From Somniosus microcephalus (Eukaryota), in contig CM126235.1 in assembly GCA_052327205.1 (NCBI GenBank), forward strand, positions 5,146,001 to 5,210,000: a stretch of 64,000 nucleotides of DNA, read 5' to 3'. The translations under genes were made by a program, and so were the position numbers. Below are positions 39,335-53,675 of this stretch, piece after piece. How positions within the stretch are numbered: the first letter of the stretch is position 1; each line of letters begins with the position of its first letter. The notes under the pieces are model-generated. The model ran no database searches. It saw nothing but the letters and a program-made list of their open reading frames with translations, and was not told the DNA's origin.

Positions 39335-42300
39335 CATAGAATGGTTACAGCGTGGAAAGCGGCCATTCAGCCCATCCCGGCTCTCTGCAAGAGCACTTCA
39401 GCTATTCCCACTCCCCCACCCTTCCCCCGTAGCCCTGAGCATTTCTTTCCTTCAGATACTTATCCAGCTCCCTTTTGAAAGCTGTGATTGAATCTGCCTT
39501 CACCACCCTCAGGCAATGCATTCCAGATTTTAACCACTCACTGCGTTAAAAATTTTATGTCGCCTTTGGTTCTTTTGACAATCACCTTAAATCTGTGCCC
39601 TCTGGTTATCGACCCTTCTGCCAATGGGAACAGTTTCTCTCTATCTACTCTGTCCAGACCCCTCATGATTTTGAACACCTCGATCAAATCTCCCCTCAAC
39701 CTTCTCTGCTCCAAGGAGAACAACCCCAGTTTCTCCAGTCTATCAATGTAACTGAAGTCCCTCATTCCTGGAATTCTTAAATCTTTTCCGCACCTTCCAA
39801 GGCCTTCACATCCTTCCTAAAGTGTGGTGCCCAGAATGGGACAATACTCCAGTTGAGGCCGAACCAGTGTTTTATATAGTTTCATCATAATTTCCACACT
39901 GTTGTACTCTATACCTCCATTCATGAAGCCCAGGATCCAGCTTTCTCAACCTGCCCTGCCACCTTCAACAATTTGTGCACACATACGCCCAGGTCTCTGT
40001 TCATGCACCCCGTTCAGGATTGTACCATTTATTTTACATGTCCTCTCCTCATTCTACCAAAATGTATCACTTCACGCTTTTCTGCGTTACATTTCACCAG
40101 CCTGTCTATGTCTTCCTTAAGTCGATCACTCTCCGCCTCACTGTTGACTATAATTCCAAGTTTTGTGTCATCTGCAAATTTTGAAATTGTGCCCTGTACA
40201 CCCACGTCCAAGTCATTGGCCCAGAAATTCGGGTCTCCACGGGTGAGTACACACAGGGTACTCACCCGTAGGCCCAATGGAAGTGCGGGAAACCGGCACT
40301 TCCGTCCCCCTGAACGAAGGGGTTCAGAGTTCGAATGCATGCGCGGGAGAGGCTGCGCGTGCGCATCGAACTTACTTTTTTTTTTTTTAAAAAACAGGTT
40401 TTCCCAGGAGGGTAAGTCTGCAGAATTTACACAAAAAGCAGGCGTAAGGCCTGCTTTTTACAAAGTAAGTGGTGAATTAATTAAAATTAAAACATTTTTT
40501 CCACAGGTTTATTATTATTTTTAAATACTTTAAAGCAAGGTAAGTTTATTTTTAGCCCAGTTAGAAAATAAAAAAAATTTCAAAAATTTAAATTGTAAAA
40601 GTTATTTCATGTAATTTATAATTTATTTAAAAAGTGATTTTTTTTTAATTTGAAGATTGAGTGATTTTTGGGGCCCGTAGCATTTATAAGTTTGACAGCT
40701 CTTCCTGTCAAACTTATGAATGGAGCATTCCCTGCTGTGATTGGCTCCCCATGGCCACGCATCAAACTAACTGCGCCCCTGGGATACGCAAGCACTGCGC
40801 GCCGGCAGCTGGAGCAGGCCCAGGATCGGAATTCCACGTGGGCCCACAGCTCAACAGCCGGCGCGCAGGGTAAGTGCAGGTCGGGGGCTTACACCCCGCG
40901 GGAAGCCCCCGACCCGAATTTCTGGGCCATTAAGATATATCATCAAGAAAAGCAATGGTCCTAGAACCGACCCCTGGGGAACACCACTACTCTCTATTTC
41001 ATATCACTTTAGCCAATTCAGTATCCATGCTACCACTGTCCCTTTTATCCTATGGACTTCAACTTTGCTGGTCAGCCTATTATGTGGCACTTTGTCAAAC
41101 GCCTTTTGGAAATCCATGTACACAAAGTCAACTGCATTACCCTCATAAACCCTCTGTTACAAAGAACTCAATCAAATTAAACACAATTTGCCTTTAACAA
41201 ATCCATGCTGGCTTTCCTTAATTAATCCACACTTGTCCAAGAGACTTAATTATGTCCCCGATTACTGTTTCTAAAAGCTTCCCCACTAGAGAGGTAAAAC
41301 TGACTGGCCTGTAGTTGCTGGGTTTATCTTTACACCTTTTTTTGAACAATGGTGTAACATTTGCAATTCTCCTGTCTTCTGGCACCACCCCAGTATCTAA
41401 GGAGGATTGGAATATTATGGCCAGTACTTGCGCAATTTCCTCCCTCAATCCCCTCAGCATCCGAGGATGCATCCCATCCGCTCCCGGTGACTTACTTTTG
41501 AGTACAGCCAGCCTTTCTAATACCTCCATCAATTTTTATCCTATCAAGTATCTCCACCACCATCCGCTTCCTTGGTGAAGACAGATGCAAAGTACTCATT
41601 TAGTACCTCAGTCATACTCTCTGCCTCCATGCATAGGTCTCCTTTTTGGTCCCTAAATCGACCCCACCCCACCTCTTACTATTTACATGCCTACAGAAGA
41701 CTTTTGGATTACCTTGTATGTTGGCTGCCATTCTATTCTCATACCCTCTCTTTGCCCCTCTTATTTTCTTTTTCACCACCTCTGACCTTTCTATATATAG
41801 CCTGATTCTCAGATGTATTTGCAACCTGACATGTATCATATGCACTCTTTTTCTGCTTCATCATATTCTCTATCTCTTTCATGACTTTAGTTACCCTGCC
41901 TTTCCCCCTAGTGGGAATGTGCCTGAACTATTTCCTCTTTAAAGGCAGCCCATTGTTCCATTACAGTTTTGCCTGCCAATCTTTGATTCCAGTTTACCCA
42001 GGCCAGAGCTGTTCTCATCCCACTGAAATTGGCCTTCCCCCAGTTAAACATTTTTACTCTAGATTGCTCCTTGTCCTTTTCCATAGCTAATCTAAACCTT
42101 ATGATACTATGTTCACTGTTCCCTAAATATGTTCACCTACTGGCACTTGCTCCACTTGACCAACCTCGTTCCCTGGAACCAGATCCAGCAATGCCTCCTC
42201 CCTCGTTGGGCCGGAAACATACTGATCAAGAAAGTTCTCCTGAACACGCTTCAGAAATTCTTCCCCTTCTCGGCCCTTAACACTATTATGATCCCAGTCT

Positions 42301-42935
42301 ATATCAGGATAGTTGAAGTCCCCCATTATTACTACTCTATAGTTCTTGCACCCCTCTAATTTCTCTGCAAATTTGCTCCTCTATCTTTCCCACTAGTTGG
42401 TGGTCTATAGAATACATCTACTAGTGTAATGGCACCTATTATTTCTTCATTCTAGCCATATAGATTCTGTCCTTGACCCCCCTCCAGCACTAACACTCTC
42501 TTTGACCAATACTGCCACACCTCCTCCTCTCTCTCCTTCCCTAGCTTTCCTGAACACTTGATAACCAGGGAGATTGAATCCCCAATCCTGCCCTTTTGGA
42601 GCCAGGTCTCAGTTATTGCCATATTCCCATGTGGCCATTTGTGCCTGCAGCTCACTTACCTCAAGAACAAGAGCAGGAGTAGGCCATATGGTCCCTCGAG
42701 CCTGCTCCTTGTAGTTACCTCGTTTACTACGCTTCGTAAGTTCACATACACTGTTAACCCATCTTAGACCATCCTGTATTCTCTCAGTTTGACCCCCACC
42801 TAATACCTTACTTTAGTGCGCTCTGCCTCGCCCAATCCTTTGAGCACTTTATTTCCCCTTTCTAATGTTACATCCTGGTGCCCATCCCGCTGCCAAATTA
42901 GTTTAAAACCCTCCCCAACAGCACTAGCAAACTCG
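39335..42935 (-). mobile_element. CR1 LINE (end of ORF1 through ORF2 and tail), degraded, interrupted by a Harbinger MITE
   Basis: FASAVGEGFKL (ORF1 end), AITETWL, MGDFNYPDIDW, KSPGADGMHPR, NYRPVS, ISKFADDTKLG, RLEKLGLFSLEQRRLRGDLIEV. Confidence 0.92.
40218..40928. mobile_element. PIF/Harbinger-type MITE, family 1 copy B
   Basis: TIRs GGCCCAGAAATTCGGGTC / GACCCGAATTTCTGGGCC; perfect ATT duplication (40215-40217, 40929-40931) inside the CR1 RT NDLDVG segment. Confidence 0.9.
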
Positions 42936-44597
42936 CACACTTCCTGCACATGTGGTTGTCCAGGACACAGGAAGCATCCTAGAGTCCCCACATGGGTAAA
43001 ACAGGTGGTGCAGAGGACAGCGAAAACCCAAGCACTGGGGAATAATCCCAATCGAAAAATTCCAGGATATTTGGACACATGAAAAACTGTTTTGAACATC
43101 CTCTCAACTGTTTGGACTTCAATACTCATAGTGTTTAGGACACTGAGCAAATGCATAAAAATTGCATTCAAGCAGATTCTAATATGTACCCTGTTTAGTT
43201 TATTCAAGCACAATTGTTGAATATTTCTCACTAATTGTTTTGAGTTGTGTCTATGCAACATGGGTGGTAAAGAATCACAGGAATGTAGCCACAGCCAATT
43301 TTTCCCTCTACTCCTGAACATCTTAAAGGGCTGTGGTTCCATTAGTGTCAGGTAGCTTTCATTACCTCCAAGTGGCTATTGTTTAAGTGCAACTGTCAAC
43401 AGACTATCTAGTCACATTGCTACAGGTCACCTGCATAGTCATCAAGGGAACATTGGCCAATATTTCCCTTGGGAGCATGGATGCCAATTGTAGCACACAT
43501 TGCCAACTGGCCAAGGTCATCTAACTCAGCACAGACTGAGTATCCAGCCACTCAGCAGATAAACTCACTGAACCATCTAAGAACAGGCAAGAAATGGAGG
43601 TTCAATAAGCCCTTACCAAAAAGCTGGTTTAAAAAAATTGAAAAGGCCAAAAATCCCAGAGCAGAAAGATTTTGTATTGCATCAGAAACTCCAAGTTTAC
43701 TATTTGTTTTAACTGGATTAGGAATCATAGAATAGTACACAAGGAGGCCATTCAACCCATCCAGTCTGCACCGGCTCTTTCGAAGAGCAATCCAGTTAAT
43801 CCCACTCCCCCACTCTTCCCCAGATCCCTGCAATTTTTTCTCCTTCAAATATTTGAATCATACCCTGACAATGCAATGAACAGCAACATTAATCTTCACC
43901 ATTTAAAATTATTAAGCAGAGATAACTTGAAAAGGAGTATCCCCAGATCCTGAAAAAGCAAACGGATCAGGTATTCCGAATCTCAAGAGATGTTAGTTTG
44001 CCCTGCAGAGGATGATTTTAAATCTTGTTCACACAAGTGTGGTGAACTCTAAGTGTATAGAAATCCAACTGTTGGATCTTTATTTCTCCTGCTTCTGTAT
44101 TTAAAATTAGGTAAAATGTTTTAAGTGTTGCATTATTCATTTACCAACTGGTTTCACTGTAACCAGAGGCAAGGTGAGCACTAATTAAATGATGGAATGT
44201 GGGTTTAGAACATTTGTGCTTTGAGAGACTATTCAGACAAAACTTTAAAAAGGAGTAAATAGTTGTATAAATTAAAAACAAAATGGCATCATGTACTTAA
44301 CTATATTTTAACTTTTACCACCCTTGTTTTCTGCTGATTGAATTTTGGTTAAACAGGAAATGCTCACATCCTTTGAATGTGGAGGAGTTACCAGGCCCAA
44401 CAGCATAAACATCACATTGTAACTAGCCGAGGCATGATTTACCTTCAACAGTGCACATCAAGTCAATTTCCTCAGACTATTAGCTTCAGCAGTTCTTAGG
44501 CCAATGTCAGGAGGCAGTCAATAATACAATATTTCAACAAAAGTATTCAAAATGCAGGTAGAATACAGAGGGAGGAAAAATTGTGACATCTAATTTA

Positions 44598-44876
<279 letters not shown>

Positions 44877-45494
44877 TCAAGTAATCACATCTTCTAATTC
44901 CCGTTCACAAAAGTGGATCATTTTCCCGTAACCAACTTGGAGGAATTGCAATGGTACTTCAGGACTTATTTTATAAGCTTTTAGCTGCTCAATAATTTCA
45001 TACTAAGTTTTATTCTTTGGATGTGGGCAACACCAGCAAGGCCTCATTTATGATCCACCTTTGGGTGCCTAGTGATGTGAATGATGGGCCTTATTTCATC
45101 ACAATTGTTCTTCCAACCAAATGGCTTGCTAAGACATTTCAGAGGGCAGCAATTCAAACCCGGATTGCAAGACTGAAGTCATGTGTAGGCCAGAGCTAAT
45201 TTGGATGGCAGGTTTCTCGCTGAAGGACACTAGTGAACAAGTTTGGTTTTTACAACAACCCAGCAGCTTTCAGTCATTTTTCCTGGCGAGTTCAATTTCA
45301 CAACATGCCAGTGCTACTGGAAGCTCATGACCCACAGAACAGCAGCATGACATTATTCACCCTCTTCAGGGGAACCAGGGAGAAATAGTTCCCTGGTTTA
45401 AGCGCTCAAACAGCACGTGACTAGTTTTGGTGTCTCAAAAGCCTTCGCACCAAATATGAAGGTAATTTGTGTCAATACACATTTACTTTTTACA

Positions 45495-46080
45495 TAGAAT
45501 ATGCAGGACAGAAACAGGCCATTCGGCCTAACCAGTCCATGCCGGTGTTTACGCTCCACTTGAACCTCCTCCCATCCTTCCTTATCTAACCATCAGCATA
45601 ACCCTCTATTGCCTTCTCCCTCATATGCTTATCTGGCTTCCCCTTAAATGCATCCATGCTATTCACCTAAACTACTCCCTGTGGTAGCAAGTTCCACATT
45701 CTCACCACTCTCTGGGTAAAGAGGTTCCTTCTGAATTCCCCATTTGATTTCTTGGAAACTCTTTTATATTGATGGCCTCTAGTTTTGCTCTTCCCAACAA
45801 ATGGAAACACTGTGCCTACTCTATCAAAACATCATGATTTTAAAGACCTCTATTAGGTCACTCCTCGGCCTTCTCTTTTCAAGAGAAAAGAGATCCAGTC
45901 TGTCTATCCTTTTCTGATAGGTATAACCTTGCAGTTCTGGTACCATCCTTGTAAAGCTTTTGTACCCTCTCCAGTGCCTCCATATCCCTTTTAGAATATA
46001 GCAACCAGAACTGTAAACAGTACTCCAAAGTATGGTCTAACCAAGGTGTGATACCAGTTTACCATAATGTCTCCACTTTT
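45495..46080 (-). mobile_element. CR1 3' fragment
   Basis: catagaa tail, aggccattcggcc, ctctgggtaaagagg, accagaactgtaaacagtactcca (complement of LEYC.QFW). Confidence 0.8.
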
Positions 46081-46964
46081 ATTAAACATTGTCATACAAG
46101 TTTTCTATTGACAGAGCTGCTGCAGTACTGCAAGGGTCATCTAAACAGAACAACGCTCAGGGCAGCCGCCATAAAACAATTAGGTTTCAGTAATATGTAA
46201 AGAGGGTTTTTGAGAAAGACCCAAAAAGAGCCATTTGAAAATAAGTCAAATCATTAGAAAGAAATCTAAACACTTTTGCTCAGCTGGGGCTAAAGACTAG
46301 TTACAACCAGTGGCTGATCATTAGACAAAATAGTAATGTTCCAATCCAACTGGTCTCTACCGTGAATCTGAAACGAATATCTGTATCCCCTTTCCCAATA
46401 GAGATCCGTCCAGTTCTTTTGTTTTAAAATCTGTCACGGTAGTCTGTTCCACAATTTGAACACTTTAAAAATAGACTCCTTACATTTATTATTTTCTTTT
46501 GACATGCTTAATTTCAAACCGTGTCCCCAGTCCTCAAAACCCATATCCTCATATTTCCTGTATCCCAAAACATTATGGCGCATTTGTACTCCACAAGTTA
46601 AGCAGTGCAGACGAAACTGGTTTGCACATACTGGAGTGTGATGGCACAAATCGAATTCTGAAGCAAAACAGACAAAACTCTCCTCTAGGGAATCTCGCTC
46701 CACTTGGTTCAGGTTAACCCAGACACCTATTCAGGCTGCATTATCGATGTGATGCTGAACAACTTTACATAGACACTAATGTTGTAGTGTAAATGCATCT
46801 TTAAAGACCTGTTGCATTTCCTCAATAAATAGTTGCATTCAACATGGTGCTTACTGAGGGGAGAGGGAGGGGGGGGGGGCAGAGGAACAGGAGGGTGAAG
46901 GAAAGAGATAAAAATAAATAAAGAAATTGCCGAGTGAGAGTTGAGGTGACCAAAAGCTTGGTCA

Positions 46965-47520
46965 GAGTTGCGAGATGGAGGTTTACTTGCGCCGATGGCG
47001 ACTTTGTCCAAACCTGCAAAAGACCATCACCTCGACATTCCACCTCAATACCCATCGAGCAAACCAAGCTTTGAAAGTCTCCTTTTGCAGCACAGAGGTA
47101 AACCATACCAAAAAACCCTCCTATTTAGGAGTTGCGCTGTCATATAGACAACATCTCCAGAACCTTGGGAAGAAACTAAGGAGTAGGGTCAACTTGATCC
47201 AGAAACTCGCCAGATCCACATGGGAAGCAGACGCTCAAACCCTCCGTACGGCAGCACTCTCCGATGTACTCTACAGCGAAGTACTGCTCTCCAGCATGGC
47301 TATCAAGTCCGCATGTCAAATCCGTTGATGTCCAGCTGAATTCTACTATGAAAATTATCACCGGTACGTTTTTATTGACACCAACACCTTGCTTGCAAAC
47401 TTCACACGACCACACCTATGCCGCGAATATGTAGTCTCCAGAGAATACAAACGCTACACTAGCAAAGACATGCCGATCCAGGCCGACTTGACCAACCAGT
47501 CTCAAATCTAGAAGGCAATC
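46965..47520 (+). mobile_element. I-group (Ingi/Vingi-like) non-LTR retrotransposon RT fragment
   Basis: ORF 46975..47328: WRLCPNLQKT..FHLN..YLGV..KLARSTWEADAQTLRTAAL; clade label from motif memory. Confidence 0.65.
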
Positions 47521-47539
47521 TTGGACCTTCGCCAAAGCC

Positions 47540-47880
47540 CTTTGGTTATAAATGGCAGGGCGGAGAGAAGGCAGGCCAGAGCTGGAGGACCAAAGCATGC
47601 AGAAGGGAATGTAAGGATGCAGTAGATTGCAGGTCGGGTGGGGTGAGGCTACAGGGGGAATCTGAAGAATAAAATAAGGATTCTGCAGAGATGGACCATG
47701 CGGTCTTGATAACTGATAGGATGTAGGGTTTGAAGCTTAACTCTAGCTTGAACAGGATGCCAAGGTTATGCAAAGCCTGGTTTCGGGCCTGGTTTGGGCT
47801 GAGCAATCAGTTAGGGAAGGTGATGGATGTCACTGGCAAGGGAACAGAATTCATTGCGAAAATTAGGGTCTTCGTTTTCC
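47540..47880 (-). mobile_element. L2-clade LINE fragment
   Basis: ORF 47546..47806 HNLGILFKLELSFKPYILSVIKTA resembles the L2 RT thumb. Confidence 0.55.
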
Positions 47881-50319
47881 CTCATCTTTACTCTCTAGAG
47901 AACAGGAGGATCAAAGTCCCAGACAGGCTACCTTCCCTCATAACTCAGCCCTCCAAGTGTAGGCATCAGATGCAACCTCACCAAGGTCCAAATACAAACT
48001 TGAATGTCATCTCCTTAGCCTTGCAAGTCACACACTAGGCTACACATCACATTTTATTTGCCCTCTTTACCACCTGCATAAAACGAATGGGCAGTTTTAA
48101 CAAGCCACCAAAAATCCAGTATCTTTCCTATTTTTATTTCAAGAATGTTGCCATTGAACATGCAATCCACATTTAGTTTCTTTTCACAAAACAATCTCTT
48201 TATGCAAAGGGTTCAAATAACAGGAAAAGTAAAGAAAAAAGTTAGGAGTAGCAAAGGAAGATCAGTAGAACTTCTTCAGCCAAAAGATAACCGAGTTACA
48301 AGAATATTTTTGGGAGGGCTATAAAGTAGGAACAGATTATGGAGTGCATTTCTGGAAAGAGATCGAGGGATATGATGGAGACAGACTTGTTTGGCCTAAT
48401 GGGCTTTCCAGTTTCTATAAATTTTCAATCTCCAACACCTAATTTTACAAATATACATTCTCTGCTGACCCATTTGAATTCTTTAACACTGAACAGAAAT
48501 ATAATGGCAGTACCGTGATTACATTTTACCAATTTACACTTGTGTATTCTGAATTCCTAAAGAAACTAGGATACCATAAATCTTTTATATATTTTGTAAA
48601 TATTTCTACCATGATAGCCTTTTACCATAGTTGCTACTTAATAACTATAGGCTACCATAGTCAAATACACAAAGGCTCTATTGAAACATGAATAAACCCA
48701 TTTAACTAGGGGACTGCAGATTTGTACAACTTTCCACTTCGGTCGATGACTTTTGGAAACTTAGTTTTAATCCTACAGTCTCTGTACAGTGCTCCTGAGG
48801 TTGATTATTTTTGGCTAGAGTTGCAGACTGGAGTCTAGGAGAACTGTGTTTTCATTTATTACTGTAACCTCAGGTCAGTACCAATCACACGGACCATCGA
48901 CAGCACATAATTACCATTTTTTAAATCAGTTTTATGTACTACACAGCTGTATGATACAATTGTTAATCAGGATTATATACAATAAGCGATTACCAATATC
49001 TCTTGCCAGTTTCCTGAAACATTCTCAAAATTGAGAAAACTGAAGTAAAAATAAAAAGCTCATTGACTATAACTAGAAGTGTTTAACAGATTTTGAATAA
49101 GTACACCTTTGATCTGAAAGAGCAACCCATTACTACGGTCAATACACCACATCAAGCGAATTAACAGTAAGGACAAGAAAAAGCCATCATCTCCTCCCTG
49201 GTGTCTACCACCTAATTTCCAGGATACAGAAATAAAAACTTCAGATCACTGGCCAACTTGGATGATGATCTTTTGATCCACATGTCCATAATCTTGCTAC
49301 TAGTATATGCCCTGTACTAGACAATTTCATTTGTCAGTGCACATTACCCCACTGTCCTGGCACTCTAAACCAATTGAGCAAACCCACCACTTAGAACCAA
49401 CTGGTATAATGCCAGTTGACAAGGTCAATACGGCCTCACTGTTAGCTCAACAGTTGCCATATTGTTGGCAAGAGTGGAAGACTTCTATGCCACTTATTCA
49501 TGCTTTGCAACTGCAGCAATTCTGACCATCTGACAAAATATTTAAAAATGTAACCCAAACTCTCAATTAAATTAAAAGCAACAATTTGCATTTATACAGC
49601 ATTTTTAACACAGTAAAATGGCCCAATGCACTTCTGAGGTAAGAAAGTACCCAAGCAGAAGATTTACCAGAGGTGACCGATGGCATGGTTAGAAGAGTGA
49701 GTTTTCAGGTAGCTTTGGAAGGTAGCAAGATGGAGGAGTTTAGAGACAGGTCAATGCGTAGTCAAGAGGTGAAGTGGTGGGTGAGGGGATGCAATAGCAG
49801 AGGACATCATTTGGCTTATGCGCCAGTCTGAGGCTGCAAAGGCAGCGAGTGCAAGGCAGCGGAAGACTTATAAATAAGGACATGGATTGTGAATTCAATG
49901 CATTTGAGACAGGGGTGATCAGGGCAGAATTTGTGGCATAAAGCCAGCTTCCAAAAAAAAGACCAATTACACCAACATTAAAAAGGAGGATTGGGTCTAT
50001 TCTGTTTGCAACGAAGTTTCTATACAGGCACAATTACTGTGGTAGTTGAGTCCTGGATAAAACATCCAAGCTGAAAAAGCTTACAGAACAGTTAATCAAA
50101 ACAGTAGTAACTTGTGACATGCAGTACTCAACAGGAAAGACATCTGGTTAGGAAACTGCATTTGCCAGCAACTTCCTGAAGAATTGAGTTTTTTTTTTAT
50201 ATAAAAAAAAGTCAATAAATTGAGTTCCATTGTAAACTACAGTCATCCCCACTTGTGAAAACACCATCTGACACCAAGCTGCATTCGAAATTTTTACACT
50301 TTTAGGTTTCTGTTGTCAG

Positions 50320-50640
50320 CAATTGTACACAGTGAATAGCTGAGTCACAGGCCAGGTAGTTCCCAATTTCAATGCCTAGTTAGCTGATCGCAACCAAAGT
50401 AGAGCAAGGAACGCTACAATTAGCTTCAGTGCCCCTGGATTATGGGAAGGAGGGAAACATGGTCAATTTTCCCCTCCTGATCAACATCCAGCAACCACTG
50501 CTGAAAAGCGCAAATGTGGATATACAGTTGAGAACAGTTTACAATGACTTCACTGGTTCAATAGTGTACGGACATTCACTGCCAAAGCTTTTGAAGAATG
50601 CCCACTTGTGCAAGGTACCAAAGGATGGGGATCTAGTGTT
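50320..50640 (+). mobile_element. Old tRNA-head SINE-like family (representative copy)
   Basis: Shared blocks (cccaggttcaatccc-like B box, gctacaattggcctcag, gacccc) recur at ~2630-2890, 7030-7250, 16050-16170, 38350-38570, 54820-55130 and inverted at ~29030-29150 and 43460-43570. Confidence 0.5.
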
Positions 50641-51444
50641 CACGGAAGCAAGCACCTTCACGTGAGGAGGGCAGAACAGAAAGTTAGCTGGAAGAGAAAA
50701 AGGAAAGTAGAAGAGAGGTGGTAAAACAAGTAGCATCGGTAGGTGACACCAACTTATCTTGGGTTTAAAAAAGCTACTTCCAAAATTGTCAGTGGGGAAA
50801 AAACTAGACAGAATCCTTTTGCTATTGTACAATCTTCCAAATGAGAGAGACTAGACATGAAGTTTGAAAAGTACAAACTTTGGGCTGTGTCAGTCCTCGA
50901 GTTAGAAATTGCACAACTCCTCTCCCGCCCTTTTGCAAACTTGTACAGAAATCCAGAACATTATTTGTGAAATTATACCACATGGGAGGTCTGTACCAGA
51001 GGTGAGGAACTGAAAAATAGCTTGGTTAACCATTTCAAATTTAAGAGATTGAGGATGAGGAGGCTTAATGTACTGCACTGAGACACACATAATTGCTGAC
51101 TTTGTGGCAGGTTCAGTGCCGTGGGTAGGACTGAAAGCAGACTTAAGAAATGTACCAGAATGGTGGGAAAAGTAGATGTGGAGGTTAACTGCTGACAACA
51201 AATTCAAAAACTTCAGAAGGGGAGATTGGATGATAGTTAGAGTCAATAGAAAGGGTCAAGGGGAGGCAACTGGATGGACTGTCAGTTTGAGACAAAAATC
51301 CATGAACTTACTTATCTGGCATCAGATGTGAGGATTAAGGGGTGGGGGAGGTATTTGAAAGGAAGTGTGTGGAATTGCTCTCGCCTTCCAGGATGATCTG
51401 GCAATGGAGGGGGAACAGCAAAATATTTTTAGGGTAGTCAAGAC

Positions 51445-51603
51445 CAATGTTCCCTGTAAGGTGCGCGGCCGCGCATTGCTCCAGGCAATCCGCGCAGCTG
51501 GCTTTTCGTTTCAATGTAAAGACTACACGTGCAGTATTTACAATGGCCCGCGCAGCCCCTTAAAGGGGCCGCGCAGGGCCAAAAATAATTACAGGGAACA
51601 TGG
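51445..51603. mobile_element. hAT-type MITE (159 bp)
   Basis: TIRs CAATGTTCCCTGTAA / TTACAGGGAACATGG; exact 8-bp TSD GTCAAGAC at 51437-51444 and 51604-51611. Confidence 0.9.
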
Positions 51604-51849
51604 GTCAAGACAGATCTGGCAGTGGACAACCAGGTCAATCATGCAGCATCAACCTGCAGCCCTTGGATTTGAGGATGCGAAGGTGGGGGTTATTCCATAG
51701 GGGAGTGGTAAATTGAATGCGAGTGGGGGGAAAGAGAGAGAGAGGGGAGAAAAATGTTGAGTAGGTCAATGGAAGCAGCAACCTCATGGTGGGTTGAGGA
51801 CCAGAGAAAAGGGAGTTATGACTGCACTGGAGAGGGAGTTGGGAGGCAC

Positions 51850-52428
51850 GTTGTTCAGGGCGCTGGTGAGATCACACCTGGAGTACAGCATACAGTTTTG
51901 GTCTCCTTATTTAAGGATGGATATACTTGCATTGGAGGCAGTTCAGAGAAGGTTCACTAGGTTAATTCCTGAGATGAAGAGGTTTTCTTATGAAGAAAGG
52001 ATAAGCCTATACTCATTGGAGTTTAGAAGAATGAGGGGATCTTATTGAAACAAGATTCTGAGGGGGGTGGACAGGGTGGATGCAGGGAGGGGGTTTCCCC
52101 TCATGGGGGAATCTAAAACTAGGGGGCATAGTTTCAGGATATGGGGTCGCCCATTTAAAAACGGAGATGAGGAGGAATTTCTTCTCAGAGGGTCGTGAAT
52201 CTTTGGAATTCTCTACCCCAGAGAGCTGTGGAGGTGAATTCAATGAATATATTCAAGGCGGATATAGACAGATATTTGAGCTACAGGGGAGTCAAGGGTT
52301 ATGGGGAGCGGGTGGGAAAGTGGAGTTGAGGCCAAGATCAGATCAGCCATGCCATATCTTACTGAACGATGGGGCAGGCTCGAGGGGCCGAATTGCCTAC
52401 TCCTGCTCCTATTTCTTATGTTCTTATG
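51850..52428 (+). mobile_element. CR1 3' fragment
   Basis: ORF 51794..52048 LFRALVRSHLEYSIQFWSP...RRFTRLIP; tail tcttatgttcttatg. Confidence 0.9.
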
Positions 52429-53369
52429 CAGGGCGGAGGATGGGGGTAGTGGGCTTGGGGTCAAACATGGGTATACATATAACAAGAGAAACAAGGAAGT
52501 AGTTAGAAATAGCCTATTCAGCATGTAGATCCCAGATGTGGTGAGGCGTCATAATAGAGGGGGCAAGGGGAAGCACTTTTCACCCAAGACCCCTTTTACT
52601 GATATTTACAAGCTTCTCTTCCTCTCCTTACTAATTATAGCCAGGAATTTTTTGGTGGCGGGGAGGGATTCAAAGGCAACAGCGGAAGAGCTAGAAGTGC
52701 AATAGGTAACAATTTAGAGATTAATAGTTAACCGAACCAATACAATGAGAAAATAAACTAATTGCAAGTTCAACATGAGTTTCAAATGAACTTTGTTCTG
52801 TAGCTCAAATTCAATTGCAAACACCATGTTAGAACGAAAGTGCCTCAAAACACAATCCTCACCACCCTTTAAAACATGCTCATGAAGTTATTAAGCAAAT
52901 CTCTTTATGCAGTTGCATTCATAGTCAATGGGAGCTACACAAAGCCATTTCTCTAAATTGTGTGCATATAGGCATTCATCTGCACATTAATCCTTACAAA
53001 ACACACCCACCATCAACTCAGAACAAATAAACAAGAGAATGCTATTGTTAACAGAAAATGGTAGCAAATTCTCAACAAGCCATTTACTATAAATTTACAG
53101 ACAGCTAGCTGGATTGCAGATTTGCTTATTTCATCTACACTGTTAGATTTCGGCTTCCACTGTTGACAATCAAAACAGCCATAGCATTCTTGGATGCTGA
53201 GGTCATACATTTAGTTCCTAGGAGTATCCAGCATAGCTTACGTGTGCTTTTACACACACCCACCAGCCACACCTTTAAGCTCCCTCTTCAGGAGCCATAG
53301 AAAATTTAGCAAGGATATTTTGTATTTCTTGATTAGATAAAGGACATTATGTGTATTGTATCAGATTAT

Positions 53370-53675
53370 TTAGAGAGAAACTATTTCCCCTGCTAGGGGA
53401 ATCAAGAATAAGTGGACATAATCTTAAAATTACAGCTAGGTCATTTAGGAACAAAGTCAGGAAGCACTGTTTCACAAAGGGTAGTAGAAATTTGGAACTC
53501 TTCCCCAAAAGGCTGTCAATGCTAGGACAATTGGAGCTTTCAAGACAGAGATCAAGTTTTGTTAGGCAAGGGTATCAAAGGGTATGGAGCAAAGGCAGGA
53601 AAATGAAGTTGAAGTTCAGATCAGCCATGATTTGATCAAATGGCAGAGCAGGCGCAAATGGTCTGCTCCTGTTCC
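53370..53675 (+). mobile_element. CR1 3' fragment
   Basis: REKLFPL.GESRISGHNLKI motif plus tail. Confidence 0.75.

Noticed and set aside
42800-43342. 180-aa minus-strand ORF
   Set aside because: Only its end is the CR1 ORF1 remnant; the rest is chance open frame
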